From Octopus bimaculoides (taxonomy: Eukaryota), in contig NC_068985.1 of assembly GCF_001194135.2 (NCBI RefSeq), positions 123,749,516-123,813,515 on the forward strand: a stretch of 64,000 nucleotides of DNA. Direction: 5' to 3'. A program made the position numbers and the translations under genes. How positions within the stretch are numbered: the stretch's first letter is position 1; each line of letters opens with the position of its first letter. Below, one piece after another: positions 1 through 13,518 of this stretch. Below the pieces are notes generated by a model. The model made no database searches. It had not been told where the DNA came from and worked only from the letters and a program-made list of their open reading frames with translations.

Positions 1-493
1 GCCACAAATCTATGATTCCATGCCAATGTAAGAAATCATAATGTATCGTGTTCTAGTGGTATGTGTCTCACACGTGAGTCAAACTCTCGGTGAGACGAAC
101 TGGCAATAGATTCAGTCCATCCTTGTAGTAAGTTAATTCTAGCCACACGTTAATATTTTTCAGAAAGGCATGAACTCCACGCAGCACCAACTCCCTTAAT
201 TTCAGTATAGACATCACCATAGAATAACATTTTACCCTGCAGTATAGATGGAGCAAAAGAAATAATATGGCCCAACTTAGATGCTTTACATGATCTAATT
301 TGATGTTTTATCCGACAACAAATTCCTTCTGAGTTGGATTAAGTTGTAGAGTACGCGGTGAAAAGCGTTACAATAATGTGAATAACTAAGTAAGAGCCTA
401 CCCAGTTTCATTGTAGAAGGGATGCTGTACCTAATAAGAAAAATGTATGATAGACAGCGATCCATAAAGATAAATCAAGTCTAACTACACTGC

Positions 494-717
494 TTGTGTG
501 TCTTGATTTGTGTGTATGCATGTGAGCGTATATATAAATATATATATATATGTATATGTATATGTATATATATATATATGCATACATATTTACATACATA
601 TATATGTATATATATATATATATGTGTATATATATATATATATGTATATGTATATATGTATATATATAAACGTATATATGTATATATTTAAATATACATA
701 TATACACATACATACAT
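494..717. repeat. (TA)n/(TATG)n compound microsatellite
   Basis: Alternating TA with TG/CA interruptions; explains the YI/IY ORFs at 408-749. Confidence 0.95.
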
Positions 718-1459
718 GATATTGATTCTTTTCGTTTTTTCGAATTCATTAACGAGTTATTGAAGACCCAGTCTTCAAAGGGATAAAAAACCTAGACTAC
801 AGTTTCTTTTCACACATTCTCAATGCCCACAGAAGTACCTGATCCTACGTTATTAGCTAATAAACACTGTTAATCCTAAAATGTTGAACCAAGGGTATCT
901 TCTTAGTTGTGGATGAAAATAAGTAAATAAGTTTCAAATATTTTGATCACACACACAGAAAGCAATGATCACGACAAGGTTCCAATCACCGATATCTCAG
1001 CCGTCTATATGTCATTGCCGACGCAACCGGAGTGAAAAACTATAATCGAGAATAGAAACCAGATGGGGTATTTTCCGTGCTGAGGGCTTACATTCAGCTC
1101 TAGAGCCATTACTTGACTTGTGTAATAGTCTTGTAGTCTTGGTTACATAGCATTGTTTTAACGTAGCCTCCATGACACGGTGACAGCCAATTGAAATCTA
1201 GAACTAGTCAGACGTGGCAACCCCGCGCCCCAGCATTCCTGCAAAAAACAACCTTATCTGAAGATAGACGAAGCGCATTAGCTTCGTTTGAACTTAGTTA
1301 TATAACCAGCGATTTAACCACCCAAGTGTTGTTTTCATTGCGGGGTAATAAGATCTACGACTCAAATTTACAAATCAATATAGTTAACCCACGTTTGATT
1401 CCCCATTTGAATGATGACAGCTAAGTGGATCAGGTAGGTGTAATTGGTGCATCGAGTAG

Positions 1460-1469
1460 GTCACGTGAC
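1460..1469. promoter_or_regulatory. Palindromic E-box/CLEAR-type motif GTCACGTGAC
   Basis: Perfect 10-bp palindrome in a CpG-richer unique stretch (about 1000-1800), with ATTGG at about 1443 and CCAAT at about 1187. Function not shown. Confidence 0.3.
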
Positions 1470-1552
1470 AATAAAGAGGATCTCTTACTGGGTCGTTTCA
1501 GTTTTATATGAAAGTGATAGTGGGGAATGTAGTGATTTGGTTTTGCTACGTG

Positions 1553-1553
<1 letters not shown>

Positions 1554-1601
<48 letters not shown>

Positions 1602-2069
1602 AAACGAAATGACCGACTGGTTAAAATATCAGTCTGACTGCTTGTAGTTATGTGGATTCATATTCATGATAGGCGTTTTGTTCTTATTTTTCGTTTTCTA
1701 TAAAACTGGTGACCCCCATTTCGAAGATGGTAGAGAGATTATCGTAGAAGATTTGGTTGCTCCTTTGAGCGAGTCGAAAGTCGATTAAGAATCTTACTGA
1801 CTGGTTCGCCGCTTCACATCTTCATATGTATTGAGCGCCGTCCGTGTATGTATGTACGCGTGCGTATGTGTGTGTTTCTGTGTGTGTGTATATGTGTGTG
1901 TGTGTGCGTGTGCGTACGTGTGCGTGTATGTTTGTGCGTGTGTATGCGCGCGCATGTGTATGTGTGTGTGTGTTTGTGTGCGCATGTATGAGCGTGTGCG
2001 TGTGTGTGTGTGCGCATGTGTGCGTGTGTGAGTGTGTGCGTATGTGTGTGTGTGTGTATGTGTGTGTGT
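1554..2069. repeat. (GT)n tracts (1554-1599 and 1843-2069) separated by unique sequence
   Basis: Direct dinucleotide repeats. Confidence 0.9.
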
Positions 2070-2193
2070 TATTTCTTTACTACCCACAAGGGGCTACACA
2101 CAGAGGGGACAAACAAAGACAGACAAACGGATTAAGTCGATTATATCGACCCCAGTGCGTAACTGGTACTTATTTAATCGACCCCGAAAGGAT
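2070..2193 (-). mobile_element. tRNA-derived SINE family A, 3' half with Tx1-like tail
   Basis: ATTTCTTTACTACCCACAAGGGGCTACACACAGAGGGGACAAAC...GACCCCGAAAGGATGA, near-identical to the units at 50175 and 50360. Confidence 0.85.
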
Positions 2194-2352
2194 GACACAA
2201 ATGTCGTCGGAGTCGACTTTGCCTTTCGTCATTTCGCGGTCGATGAAATAAATACCAGCTGAGTACTAGGGTCGTTGAAATTGACTTATCACACACCCCG
2301 AAATTGCTGGCTTTGTGTCAAAATTTGAAACCAATATATAGAATGACAGATA
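2194..2352 (+). repeat. 159-bp exact direct duplicate of 3541-3699 (diverged family-A SINE 3' part plus flank)
   Basis: GACACAAATGTCGTCGGAGTCGAC...GAATGACAGATA is identical at both positions. Confidence 0.95.
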
Positions 2353-2904
2353 AACTGCAAGAGGAAATGTGTGTGTGTGTGTGTGTGTGTGTGTGCCTGT
2401 GACTAAGAGAAATATGGATATGTGAATGGAAAATGAAGAGATCAGTGTTAGCAGTTGTAATAGTAGAGTCCGTCCTGTTCGTTGCTACACGCAGACAGTT
2501 CCCAGTCTTCCCAGTGCTGCAGTGATGAGAAACTGCTCTAGTGCTGCATTAGTCCTTTTTTATTCGATGCAGTTGCAGAAGGTGTCACATCAACACCATT
2601 GGAAGGAAGGAAACGCTCAACTGATACGCATGCGTAGATGGAAACTGGTCTACATAGAGATACTATATATATATGATATACATATATATATATGATATAC
2701 ATATTCACATTCCAGTCTCTCTCTCTCTCTCACTCTCTCTTTCTGTCTCTCCCACCTTTTCTGTATGTGTGTGCATGCAAATGTATGTGTGTCTACTTAT
2801 GTGTACGCTGATATGAAAATATTATAAAATAAAGTGTGCTGAGAGAGGATGAGACAAGACTCGTAAAGGACTAGATGGAGAAAGATAAAAAAGAAAAAAA
2901 CGAA

Positions 2905-2917
2905 GCATTCCGAAAGA

Positions 2918-2970
<53 letters not shown>

Positions 2971-3987
2971 AAAGAGAGAGAAAAAGGGAGAGATGTAATG
3001 CGAAGTAGAACTTGCTATCAGCAGAATATTAATGGAGCAATACAGTCTCACCAAAGTAATAAACTGACGGACAGATACACACACATGCATACATACATAA
3101 ATACACACATGCATACTTACATACATACGTATAGACATACATACATACGTACGTACGGACATACATATATATACATATATGCATGCATACATACTTTATA
3201 CATGCATGTATGCGTATATATTTGCATTCCTACATACCTACATACATACTTACATATATATCTAGCTAATTCGATTGATAGCTGAAAATAGATCGAACTC
3301 TATTGCAGATCGGATTGTGTAATATACATACATACATACATACATTCATACATACATGCATGCATACTATCATACATACATTCATATAAAATATATACAT
3401 ACATGCATGCATCCATGCATACATACATACATACATACATACATACATACATACATACATACATACATGCATACATACATTATATATAATACATGTACGA
3501 AATGGTAAATGACACTTGATACATTTTAAATATACGAAACGACACAAATGTCGTCGGAGTCGACTTTGCCTTTCGTCATTTCGCGGTCGATGAAATAAAT
3601 ACCAGCTGAGTACTAGGGTCGTTGAAATTGACTTATCACACACCCCGAAATTGCTGGCTTTGTGTCAAAATTTGAAACCAATATATAGAATGACAGATAG
3701 TTAGAAAAGTAGATAGATAGGTCACCAGACAGGCAGATAGGTAGACAGATGGACAGACAGATAGACTGACAGAGGGACAGACAGGCATTTAGACAGACAC
3801 ACAGATATGTATAGACAAACTCCTGGTTTATATTTCTGCATATATACATACATACATGCACACTCACATATATATTCAGAACTATCTATTTCAAAGCAGA
3901 GCAGACAGATCGATGGGCAAAAGATGATCAGCAGAATTACAGATTGACCTACAGAAATACAGACACATAGAAAGACAAACATAATTT

Positions 3988-4050
<63 letters not shown>

Positions 4051-4332
4051 GGTCAGACGAATCAGGGGTAGCAAGCTTGGTAGTGATTCGCTTTTTCGCT
4101 TTGCCACCATATATAGTGATGAGAACGCTAGACGGTTCGAATACATAAATCTACGGCTTACTATTCGTTCAACTAGGATCTTAGGACGCTAAGATATTCT
4201 GGGTGTCTTTTATCCAAAGAAATAAACACTGGGGAGAGATCATAAATAAAGAGAGAGAGAGGGAGTGAGTGAGAGAGAGAAAGATAGAGACACACAGAAA
4301 GAAAGAAATAGTGAGTGTGGGTGTGTGTGTGC

Positions 4333-4378
<46 letters not shown>

Positions 4379-4936
4379 AGGAGAGTAAGCAAGAGAGATT
4401 AAGTAATAGATGGAGAGATAAATAGATAGAAGAATGACTAGATGAATGTACAAAGAGCAAAGCAGATTGATAGACGGATAAACAACCGCACTCGTACACA
4501 CATGCATATATATACCTTGGGAGCGATAGAGAGACGGGGGTAAAGAAAAATAGATTGATAAAGAATGGGTGGAAGATAAATAGTGAGTAAGAATGATCGG
4601 TAGATATATAACGTAATAGTTACAGTGGCGGAAGGTTGAGTAGATAGATAGAGTTGAAGAGAGAAAAGGATGTTAAAGGGATCAACGTAAATAAAGAAAT
4701 GAAAGACAGGGGGGAAAGGTGAGACGACATGAAGAAAGAGAAAATGATAAGGCGGAGAGAAAAAAGAAAAAAGACAGACAAAAAAAGAAAGAGCGAGAAT
4801 GAGAGATGAAGTAAAGGAAAATATTAGAAAAGCAGAAGGCAAAGGAAAATGAAAAAAACGAAACTGATTTAGAAGAATGAGAGAGGAAAGTAAACGAATG
4901 AAAGAGTGTCTAAAAGTGAATGACAGAAGAAGAATG

Positions 4937-4991
<55 letters not shown>

Positions 4992-5100
4992 AGAGAGAAA
5001 ATCAGACAGACAGCTTATGTAAGGAGTAGAGGAGAAAAATAAAAATAAAAAATAAAAAGAAAGAAGAATCCTTTAAAGACAGAGAGAGCAGTGATAAGAG
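2905..5100. repeat. Microsatellite and low-complexity block: (AG)n, (CATA)n, (GATA)n, (GT)n and purine-rich sequence
   Basis: Direct simple repeats at about 2905-2990, 3075-3480, 3988-4050, 4315-4376 and 4940-5000. Confidence 0.9.
3541..3699 (+). mobile_element. Diverged family-A SINE 3' part (probable source copy of the duplicate at 2194)
   Basis: GTCGACTTTGCCTTTCGTCATTTCGCGGTCGATGAAATAAATACCAG matches the family-A body; tail ends AAATTTGAAACCAATAT. Confidence 0.8.
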
Positions 5101-5104
5101 TGGA

Positions 5105-5435
5105 GTGCTGAACAAAATTCCTTGTTGCGTCCTTTTACGTTCAGAATTCCAATTTTCTGGGGTTGATAAAATAAGTACCAATGAACCCTCTGGACAAAAT
5201 TTGTGGCTGCGTGCTAATGTTACAATTTATTTTTAGTAGAATTTGTGAAGCAACCGCAGAAATTGGCTAAAAGTATTTAGTTCTATAATTCTCTGTTCAA
5301 TGTTCAAATCCCACTGGGACTTTTCATCACTCATGGGGCAATAAAATAAGTAGCAATGCATGCACTATAACCAAATGAACTGACTGTGCCACTTACCTGC
5401 AGATATGTGGCATTTTGCTAATGTAAGAAATCTTT
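5105..5435 (+). mobile_element. Two highly decayed family-A SINE copies
   Basis: Residual motifs GGGGTTGATAAAATAAGTACCA and GTTCAAATCCC...GGGGCAATAAAATAAGTAGCA. Confidence 0.5.
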
Positions 5436-6184
5436 ATTACGATTGAAGACACAAATTCATTGCTCTACATTTTCTTTTGAATTGATCTGTACTTTGTAGG
5501 AGAGAATAACTGGGATTTATTTTCCAAATGGAAAATTAAGGCAAAGTGAGTGAAAGGTATTAACTCTGTTTGTATATGTATATTTAAGAAAGTAGAACGA
5601 GAGCGATCTAAAGTGTATGTGACAGAGAGCGATAGAGTAAGAGAAAATACAAGTTAGATAGGAGAATGAGTATGTTTATGTACGAGAAAGGGCAAAAGAG
5701 TAAGCCAGAGGAGAGAGAGCGTATGTATGATTGTGTGAGCGATGGTACGCAAGGTGAAAGAGTAAAAAACTATTGAATATAGTGAAAAAGGAGGAGAATA
5801 TTGTTATAGATAGTATTTATAGATGAGGAAAAGAGGAAACAATAAGAGAGAAAAGAAGAATTAACGTTGTATAGCGGCCTAAATAGAATATAGAACGAGT
5901 CACAAAGGTAGTTGCAGCTGGAGTAAGTTGACAGAGTACATAGAGAAGGATGTATACAGTACGCCGGTTTGTAATCATTGCACTATATTTCTGATAAAAA
6001 CATTTGACTCTCAGTAACCTAAATATAAAGAGATACCGTGTTTAGGCAAATGGTCACTGTTCTAAGCAACACCAGTACTGTACAGAATGACGAGTGTGTA
6101 TTGTTTTGCAATTCTGAGTTCAAATCCCATTATGAGATATTACTTGGAAAGAGACATAATCTTTATCAGAGACAATTCTTCTGA

Positions 6185-6335
6185 TGGTTTCCACTCAACT
6201 CCTGTCTACCAAATTTCATCTACAAGCCTTTGGTCATCTCGAAGCTATGGTATATGACACTTGTCCAAGTTTCCGCGCAGGGAGATTGCAACCCAAACCA
6301 TTTCGCTACGAAGCGAACATCATAATGGCACAACT
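6185..6335 (-). mobile_element. Decayed tRNA/CORE-like SINE (family C)
   Basis: Reverse complement resembles 43930-44077 (tRNA-like head, GGACAAGTGTC core-like box, TGGTAGAC...GGAAAC tail). Confidence 0.5.
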
Positions 6336-9300
6336 ATGTTTGTGCCCATTATTTACAATAAACTGCAAGAGGAAATGTAGAGACAATATTACAGCAGTAT
6401 CACATCTTGTTACGGTATTGTTGTACCAATGTTGTTGGCAATATTTGTAGGGAAGGGTGTACAGATGCTCTAGATATTTAATTTTTGATTTCTTTGGTTG
6501 GAATTGATTTTTGTTTCCCACCTTTTGAAGGTGTCCCATCTCACAAAATTTGAATATGTGTTTGAACAAAACAACATCGATGTTGCACTAGAACGATGTT
6601 GCAATGATGTTGCCGCACATTGATTACTAATTTTCTGGACAGAATGAAAACACATAAATCAATTTTCGAGTAAAAGGGAAGTTAGATGATTCACAAAAGG
6701 TAGTGTCAGTGATATAATCTCACGAATGTCCAATCATGAAGCTTCTACATTTGTATATTCGACCAAGGTGATTCTTTTCTCTCTTAATACATTTCTAATA
6801 ACATTATTAAACCTTCGTAATACGTTGAGGTTGAATCTCAGATAACTACGGTCGGAAATTAAACCTAGATTTCCGCTAGGAAACGATGCTGTCACATTAG
6901 TAGATCGAATGGAAAAACATTACAGTTACTATATGATGCGACAATTGTCTTGAGTGTTCGAAAAGAAACCACACTAATCTCCCCTAATATTATAACTAGA
7001 AATCAAAACTTCCAGTGGTGATCTGTGTGAGCAAGGTACAGTATCGTTACGGTAAAACTAAGATATGTTAGTTTACTGAAGTTTACTGACTTCTTGAAAC
7101 AGTGATTCGAGTGGTGTATGATAAGTTACTTGAAAGAATTCTAATTTAGGCCAACATTGTAATCGGAACAGATGTGTCTCATAAGAGAAGGTTCAATGCG
7201 CTTTAACATCCTGCACCCACTTACACACACACGCGCGCGTGCCCACCCGCATGCACGCATAAAACGGAGCTTTCTCCACTGAATGTATGTGTATTTATGT
7301 GTGTGTGTGTGTGTGATGCTAAGAGCGTTTTACTCCTTGAAGTCACAAAGATGCCATCGTAACATATTGCGTCTTGGGCATATTTAGACCCGGTGAGGCT
7401 CACTCCTCTCCGGTTCTAACCACAGTCAATGTCTTTTAGATGGCGAGAAAGAGTCAGACAGAAAGAAAGAGATACAGTATGAGTGAAATTTAACCCAGTA
7501 CAGAATCAGGGCTTTATTTATTGGTCCTGAAAGGATAAAAGACAATGTTGGCTACTCAGATGCACACAGCCTAAACAATCACCACATAACAATGTGTCTT
7601 AGGCTCTCATGATCCATGACTCTGCCAATGAACAACACACACAACACACTCACTCACTCACTCACTCACTCACTCACTCTCTCTCTCTCTCTCTCTCTCT
7701 CCCTCTCTCTCCCTCTCACAAACATACACACACATCATGCAAACTTGTGGTGTTATACCCTCGTTGCAAATATATCATCCGCTTGTATTAAGGAGGTTGT
7801 TTCGTCAATCATTCGTGTAATTTACGTGTGTAAAACTGCTAGTAATAGCTATGAACTTATAAACTCTGCATAACGTTTAATGTGGATTCATAACGATAGA
7901 TATAGTTTGTAACTTAAATCTGCATTATTCAAAGTTTCATAGATGTAAAATCATATATTTTCGTTCAAATGCTACCGATTTAAGCCTTAGATTGAAAGCA
8001 TCAGCAAGATCAGACGTGCTTTCACGCCTGTGAATCTTTCACTAAGTCACAAAATGCAAATACAAATATCTGACCTCCACAACAGATGCTGAATGCACTT
8101 TTCTTATGTGTATATTCTTACACACACACATACACACACATACGCGCACATATAGAAAGTGAACTGTCAGAGTAGTTTGAGCATTGGATAGAATCTCTCG
8201 TGGCTATTCCAACGTTCTGTACTTTAAATTGAATTCCCATTACGGTCAAATTTGCTTTCATCCTTTCGGAATCGATAATAAGGTATCAACTGTGAGAGGT
8301 TGATTGATAGAGCTATTAGAATGTTGGGTATAATTTCTTGCGGAAACAGCTATTCTGACAAAAATATCTACTATGAGACTGCAGGAAAATTGTATTGGCT
8401 CAAGTCAGTGACCTTTTCCTTCGATAAACATCTCTAGTGTGGAGAGGAGAGCATTGCATTCACAGATGCATTTCTGTGCAGATGCATGGTCAATCTTGGC
8501 CAACGGAGGCGCTAGGATATAGGTACATCATGCAACCATTCATCCATACATACAAACATGCACTACTAAGATAGCGTACTTCAACAAAAATGTTCTACGT
8601 GTATGTCTTTCATAAACTTGTGTATGGTACTAATTCAACATGAAATGTAGCTTCTTTTGCACTTGTAACTGCTTTATCTCTTCACGTTTCAATTGTTATG
8701 CTTTTGTAATCGAAAGTAGGAAATAACTACAAAATACCTAATGAACAAAGTAGTCAATGGAGTCCTTAAACTTCTGAGATGTAATCGAAATGGTTATTTA
8801 TGTCAGTTTTGAGTGGAAAATATTACAAATGTGAACAGTAGTTGTTCCAAAATGTTATCAAAGTATTTCTATGATGTTATCGCTAAAACAACATACAATG
8901 CAAGACTGCTCTATGGAAAATGTAAAGAATTCCGTTGTTATTGAACACATATGTACCAAGATATTGAATAAAGGTGGAACATTCATATCAAAACTTCTGC
9001 TAGATTTTACCTTATCAGGCCTGATATAGTTATGCAGAACAGAAAAGAAAAGAAAATATGTTCAGTTATAGAGGTCAGTTGATTTACAGGTGTGAACATT
9101 TCTTTAAAATATGAGCGACAGAGAGAATATTTACGAACTGCTTCGAACCTTACAGCTTTTCTACCAATATTATAAATTTACATTTGTACTGAAAAGGATT
9201 GGTGCACTCAGCTATGTAAATGCCAAACTCTAAGTGTCACTCTCAAAAGAGCAAGGACTTTCAGACAAAGAAAGCAACTTGATACATTCACTGTGTACTT

Positions 9301-10646
9301 ATACTCTGTAGGTGAAACAGTAAAAATATGCATAAACTTTTCTAGTTCGCTACGTGATGCTTATCCTTTTAGTATCAAGCCATCAAATAAGAAATGTCAT
9401 GCTTCTTAATCGTATTTGAAATTGGTAGCAAATTAATAACAATCAACTGACATATTTTATAATTCATTTGTTGTTCCATCTTTTAAAATGTCAAGTAAAT
9501 CATTATGCTTAATTTGCTTAAGTTTCTGAATTGTTACAGAAGGAGCATGAGAGAAATACGGAGAAATTAAGTTAATTTTTCTCTCAAACCAGCTCTTCAG
9601 TTTTGTTTAGAATATGGAAAAGGAGCGTTGTCTTTGATAGCAAAGGAGGGTATGTTTCTTTTTGCTTCTAACATACGAGTTTCACAATTGCTCCAGCAGA
9701 TGAAACAATGAGAAAGTCTCAATATAAGTCTCTCCACCCGCTAAAAATATTAGCCAATCTCTCTTAGATGTTACTGAATCATTTTAAGTAAATAATGGTT
9801 ATAGTGGATAAAGTAGACCTATATATGATACATGGAATGATCACGGCTAGAACTCATTCCATTATTGATCTGCTCGCTCAGAGTTGATCAACAATGTCAA
9901 CGACTTCAGTTTGCCGTATATGCGGAAATTGTAACATTTCAAACTGTTTTCGTTTACTAATTTGAGTGGGGAAAGCAGTACCTATAGGCTTTTAGACCTC
10001 ACAAGAGTTCGAAATTGTGGAAATTTGGCGGCGTTGATGCAAGTTAGACTCATGTTCGATTTCCAAAATCTTGGTGATTGGTCGGAAAACTTGGACATAT
10101 ATAGGATTACAATATAGCAGTGAAACAAAGGTACCATTCATTAGAAGTTAAGTATAATCTATTCGGGATGAATATTTGGTTTTGACTCTGATCCAGCTAG
10201 TTTCCTTTCGTGACACTAAGGACATCAGTTAAAATATGCGACACAGTCGTACAGCATAAGGGCCATTTTCTTCAACATGCAAAATAATATTTAGTTGAGA
10301 CATTTGACTCCTTTCAGCTAAAAATCTTCTAATATTCTTGCATTATAGAATAAATAAACTCTGCCTTTTACTAGATGTCTGGAAACCTAGGAAGAGTTGA
10401 ACAGCAAAAGGTCATCAGGGAAGAAGCATTTTTCCCCTTTTGCAAATGTGAATGAGTAAAGGGCCGAAATACTTGCATGAACGTATTTTCATTAAGTATC
10501 TTCTGCTGTTCTGTTCTCCCTAGAGTTCCTTGCTACCTACTTACAAGATATGAAAAATCATTTATCATCAGAGAACGAGAAGGAGAGAGAGAGAGAGGGG
10601 GGGTAAAGACAGAGAGAGGGATAGAGAGTGTGTGCGTGTGTATATA

Positions 10647-10709
<63 letters not shown>

Positions 10710-11066
10710 GACAGAGACAGATTTAGCAGATGACCGAGTGAACTAGGTAGCAAGATGGCAATGTGAATATGTTACCAAGATACTTTACAGGTGATTCCAC
10801 TTAGCCTGTATGTAGATACTGCAATGTGATAGAATTCAGTTCTGCGAGTACTGGCAATTGAGAAATTGCTGCACTGAGAACAATTCTCTGTTTAGCAAAT
10901 GAGTCATTTATTCCAAAGAAGGCTTAGAAGAGCAATCTTTTCTTATAAAAATTCAGCACACTGCATGTATCAATGTGCTATTTTCGTTTCGGCTAGTGCT
11001 CCACAAAGCAATCGAAGGACGGAAGGGTATGAATCTACGTGGAACTGACAAAGAAATCCGAAGTAC

Positions 11067-11111
<45 letters not shown>

Positions 11112-11112
<1 letters not shown>

Positions 11113-11500
11113 TTTTCTGTTTCTAATTTAGGCAAAAGCTGAGCAGTTTTTAGGGAAAAGGTTTAGTCGAGTCCACTGACCTCATTATTTGACTAGTTCT
11201 TAATTTCATCGTCCCGAAAAGATGAAAGTCAAAGTTGACCTCAGCAGGATTTGAACTCGTGATATAGGGTGTCGTAATTAAATATCGCGAGAAATTTCGT
11301 TTGACTCTCAAGACTCTGCCAACCTCCGTCCTAAATAACGATTTCTTATAAAAGATACAAGGTGGGAATTTGCGGAGTCGGGGTGGATTATACTCGAGTA
11401 AATCGACTCCAGTGTTTGACTGACACTTATTGAAAGCGAAGTTGATACCTATAGAATTTGAATTCAAAACACACAAAAGGACGCCAGCCAGACACTGCAA
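11112..11500 (-). mobile_element. Two adjacent family-A SINE copies; the tail of the first abuts (AAT)n at 11067-11110
   Basis: CCCGAAAAGATGAAAGTCAAAGTTGACCTCAGCAGGATTTGAACTC and a second, more decayed copy from about 11340. Confidence 0.75.
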
Positions 11501-12346
11501 TGTATTCATTTGTATATAAGACACACGCACTGACATAACACAGTAAAATTTTCCGAAATATTTTAACTTTTATTTCTGCAAAAGAACCAGTACCAGCGTC
11601 ACTAACAAACTATTTCGTTATATTTCTAACAGAGACGCACAGACATAGAAACATGCAATATATATACATACATACATACATACGTGTGTGTGTGTGTGTG
11701 TGTGTATTTATGTATGCATGTATGTATGCGTACATACACATACATATATATATACATACACATACGCATCGTAGTAGCAATAGTAGTAATAAGAATAACA
11801 ACAGTACAACATCAACAATAAAAAACATTCTTTTGAGACAACACGTTGCGTGTATGTGAATGGGTAAAGAGGTGGTGGTGATGGTGGTGGTGGTGGAGGA
11901 AACTGATTCACTAAATAACACACGATAGTACATGTGTTTCGTATCGATCGAATTCTGTGTTTTTCTGAAGCTTTGGATTTCCCCAGTTAGCTAGGTAGCT
12001 CCCGTGCTCTGATTGGTTACTTCGTATTGGAAAACTCACCGGGAAATACTTCCATATATGGTGCAGGCAAAAGGAATCTCGATCAAATTTGCTGAAATAA
12101 TAGAATATTCTCTTCGTAAAATGAATGACGTGGTAACTCGACATAAATAAAGTGTCTACGGGGAGTTCTGGGTATTTGCCACCGCGTGCATGCATCTGTG
12201 TATGTGTGTTTGTATGTATGTACTAAACATAGCTATGTATACACATAATATATATATTCAGAGATGCAACGTCGCAGAAATATATTTTAGGTGTATATAA
12301 TGAATGCATTTAGGACAGCATCGCTATGTGCATAGAATCAAAGTGG

Positions 12347-12388
<42 letters not shown>

Positions 12389-12414
12389 ACAAACACTAAT
12401 ACATTTGCATGCGC

Positions 12415-12450
<36 letters not shown>

Positions 12451-12739
12451 ATGTGTGGAGGTAGATAGATAGATAGATAGATAGACATAGATATAGATAG
12501 ATAGATACACATATATATATATGTATGCATATTATATGAACATGAACACACCCATATTACACACACACACACACATAACGTTGGGCTTTCCTCTCTCACC
12601 ACTCTATACCTGTTCTAAGAAATAGCTATCCCTCCCTAGTTGTGGTGCATTTATTAATGTTACTTATTGTTATTTAACCTGAGGTAACCCCCACCCCTTT
12701 GTGCAGCAGCTGTAGCCAATTTGTTTTGTTTTTGTTTTT

Positions 12740-12845
12740 GGACGAATGCAAAGTGGTCTTCCATTTTTACGACCGTAGATTATGTCTAGTGGGAGATTTG
12801 GCTGCTATTTCCTGCAGGTCGAGTGACCTCTAATTGGCCTCTCTG
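12740..12845 (-). mobile_element. SINE family D fragment
   Basis: GGGAGATTTGGCTGCTATTTC is identical at 12791 and 43891; decayed relatives at about 13190-13275 (-), 41100-41320 (+) and 61780-61990 (+). Confidence 0.6.
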
Positions 12846-13487
12846 TATGTTAATAATGCAGAAGGATTTTCAAATGAAAACTCCCGATGTTTCCATAGTT
12901 GCTTTGGTTTAAAGTTTGTGCATCAGAAAATTGCCTATTATGGTATAATGTGATGATGCTATTGTTACTGCAGATATTAAGCGTGGTTTATGTGGTTGTT
13001 ACTGATAAAAATGAGGAATATGATGATGAAGATGATAATGAAAGTATAGACTATCGTTATTGTTACTGCTATGGCCAGTCTTGGTAGAGTACATTTACGA
13101 TTAATGGCATTCCATCCACGGCCACCCCGTCTTTTCTTCTGACATGGCATACTCCGAAATTAAATTATGTAGAGTGTACCCACTACCTTATTTTAAGATG
13201 ATAGGGCAGGCGTTGAGAGATATATGGCTGTTATCTTTAGCAAGTAGGGTGACTACATACAAGCATCGTCAGATGTTGCCTCTTATAATAATGTTGATGG
13301 TTTGGAATAATAATAGTTTTCTTAAAGAAATTTGCAACAGAGTAGCAGAAAAGATGCTACTATATATGGCTTGTGACATGGGTTTACGAATTGGGTGGCT
13401 TAATAAGTATGCATTTAGGGTCAGCTAAAAAAATACCTCATAAACTTAATTTCTGAACTGACCCTGAATGTAGACTTATATTTAAGC

Positions 13488-13518
<31 letters not shown>

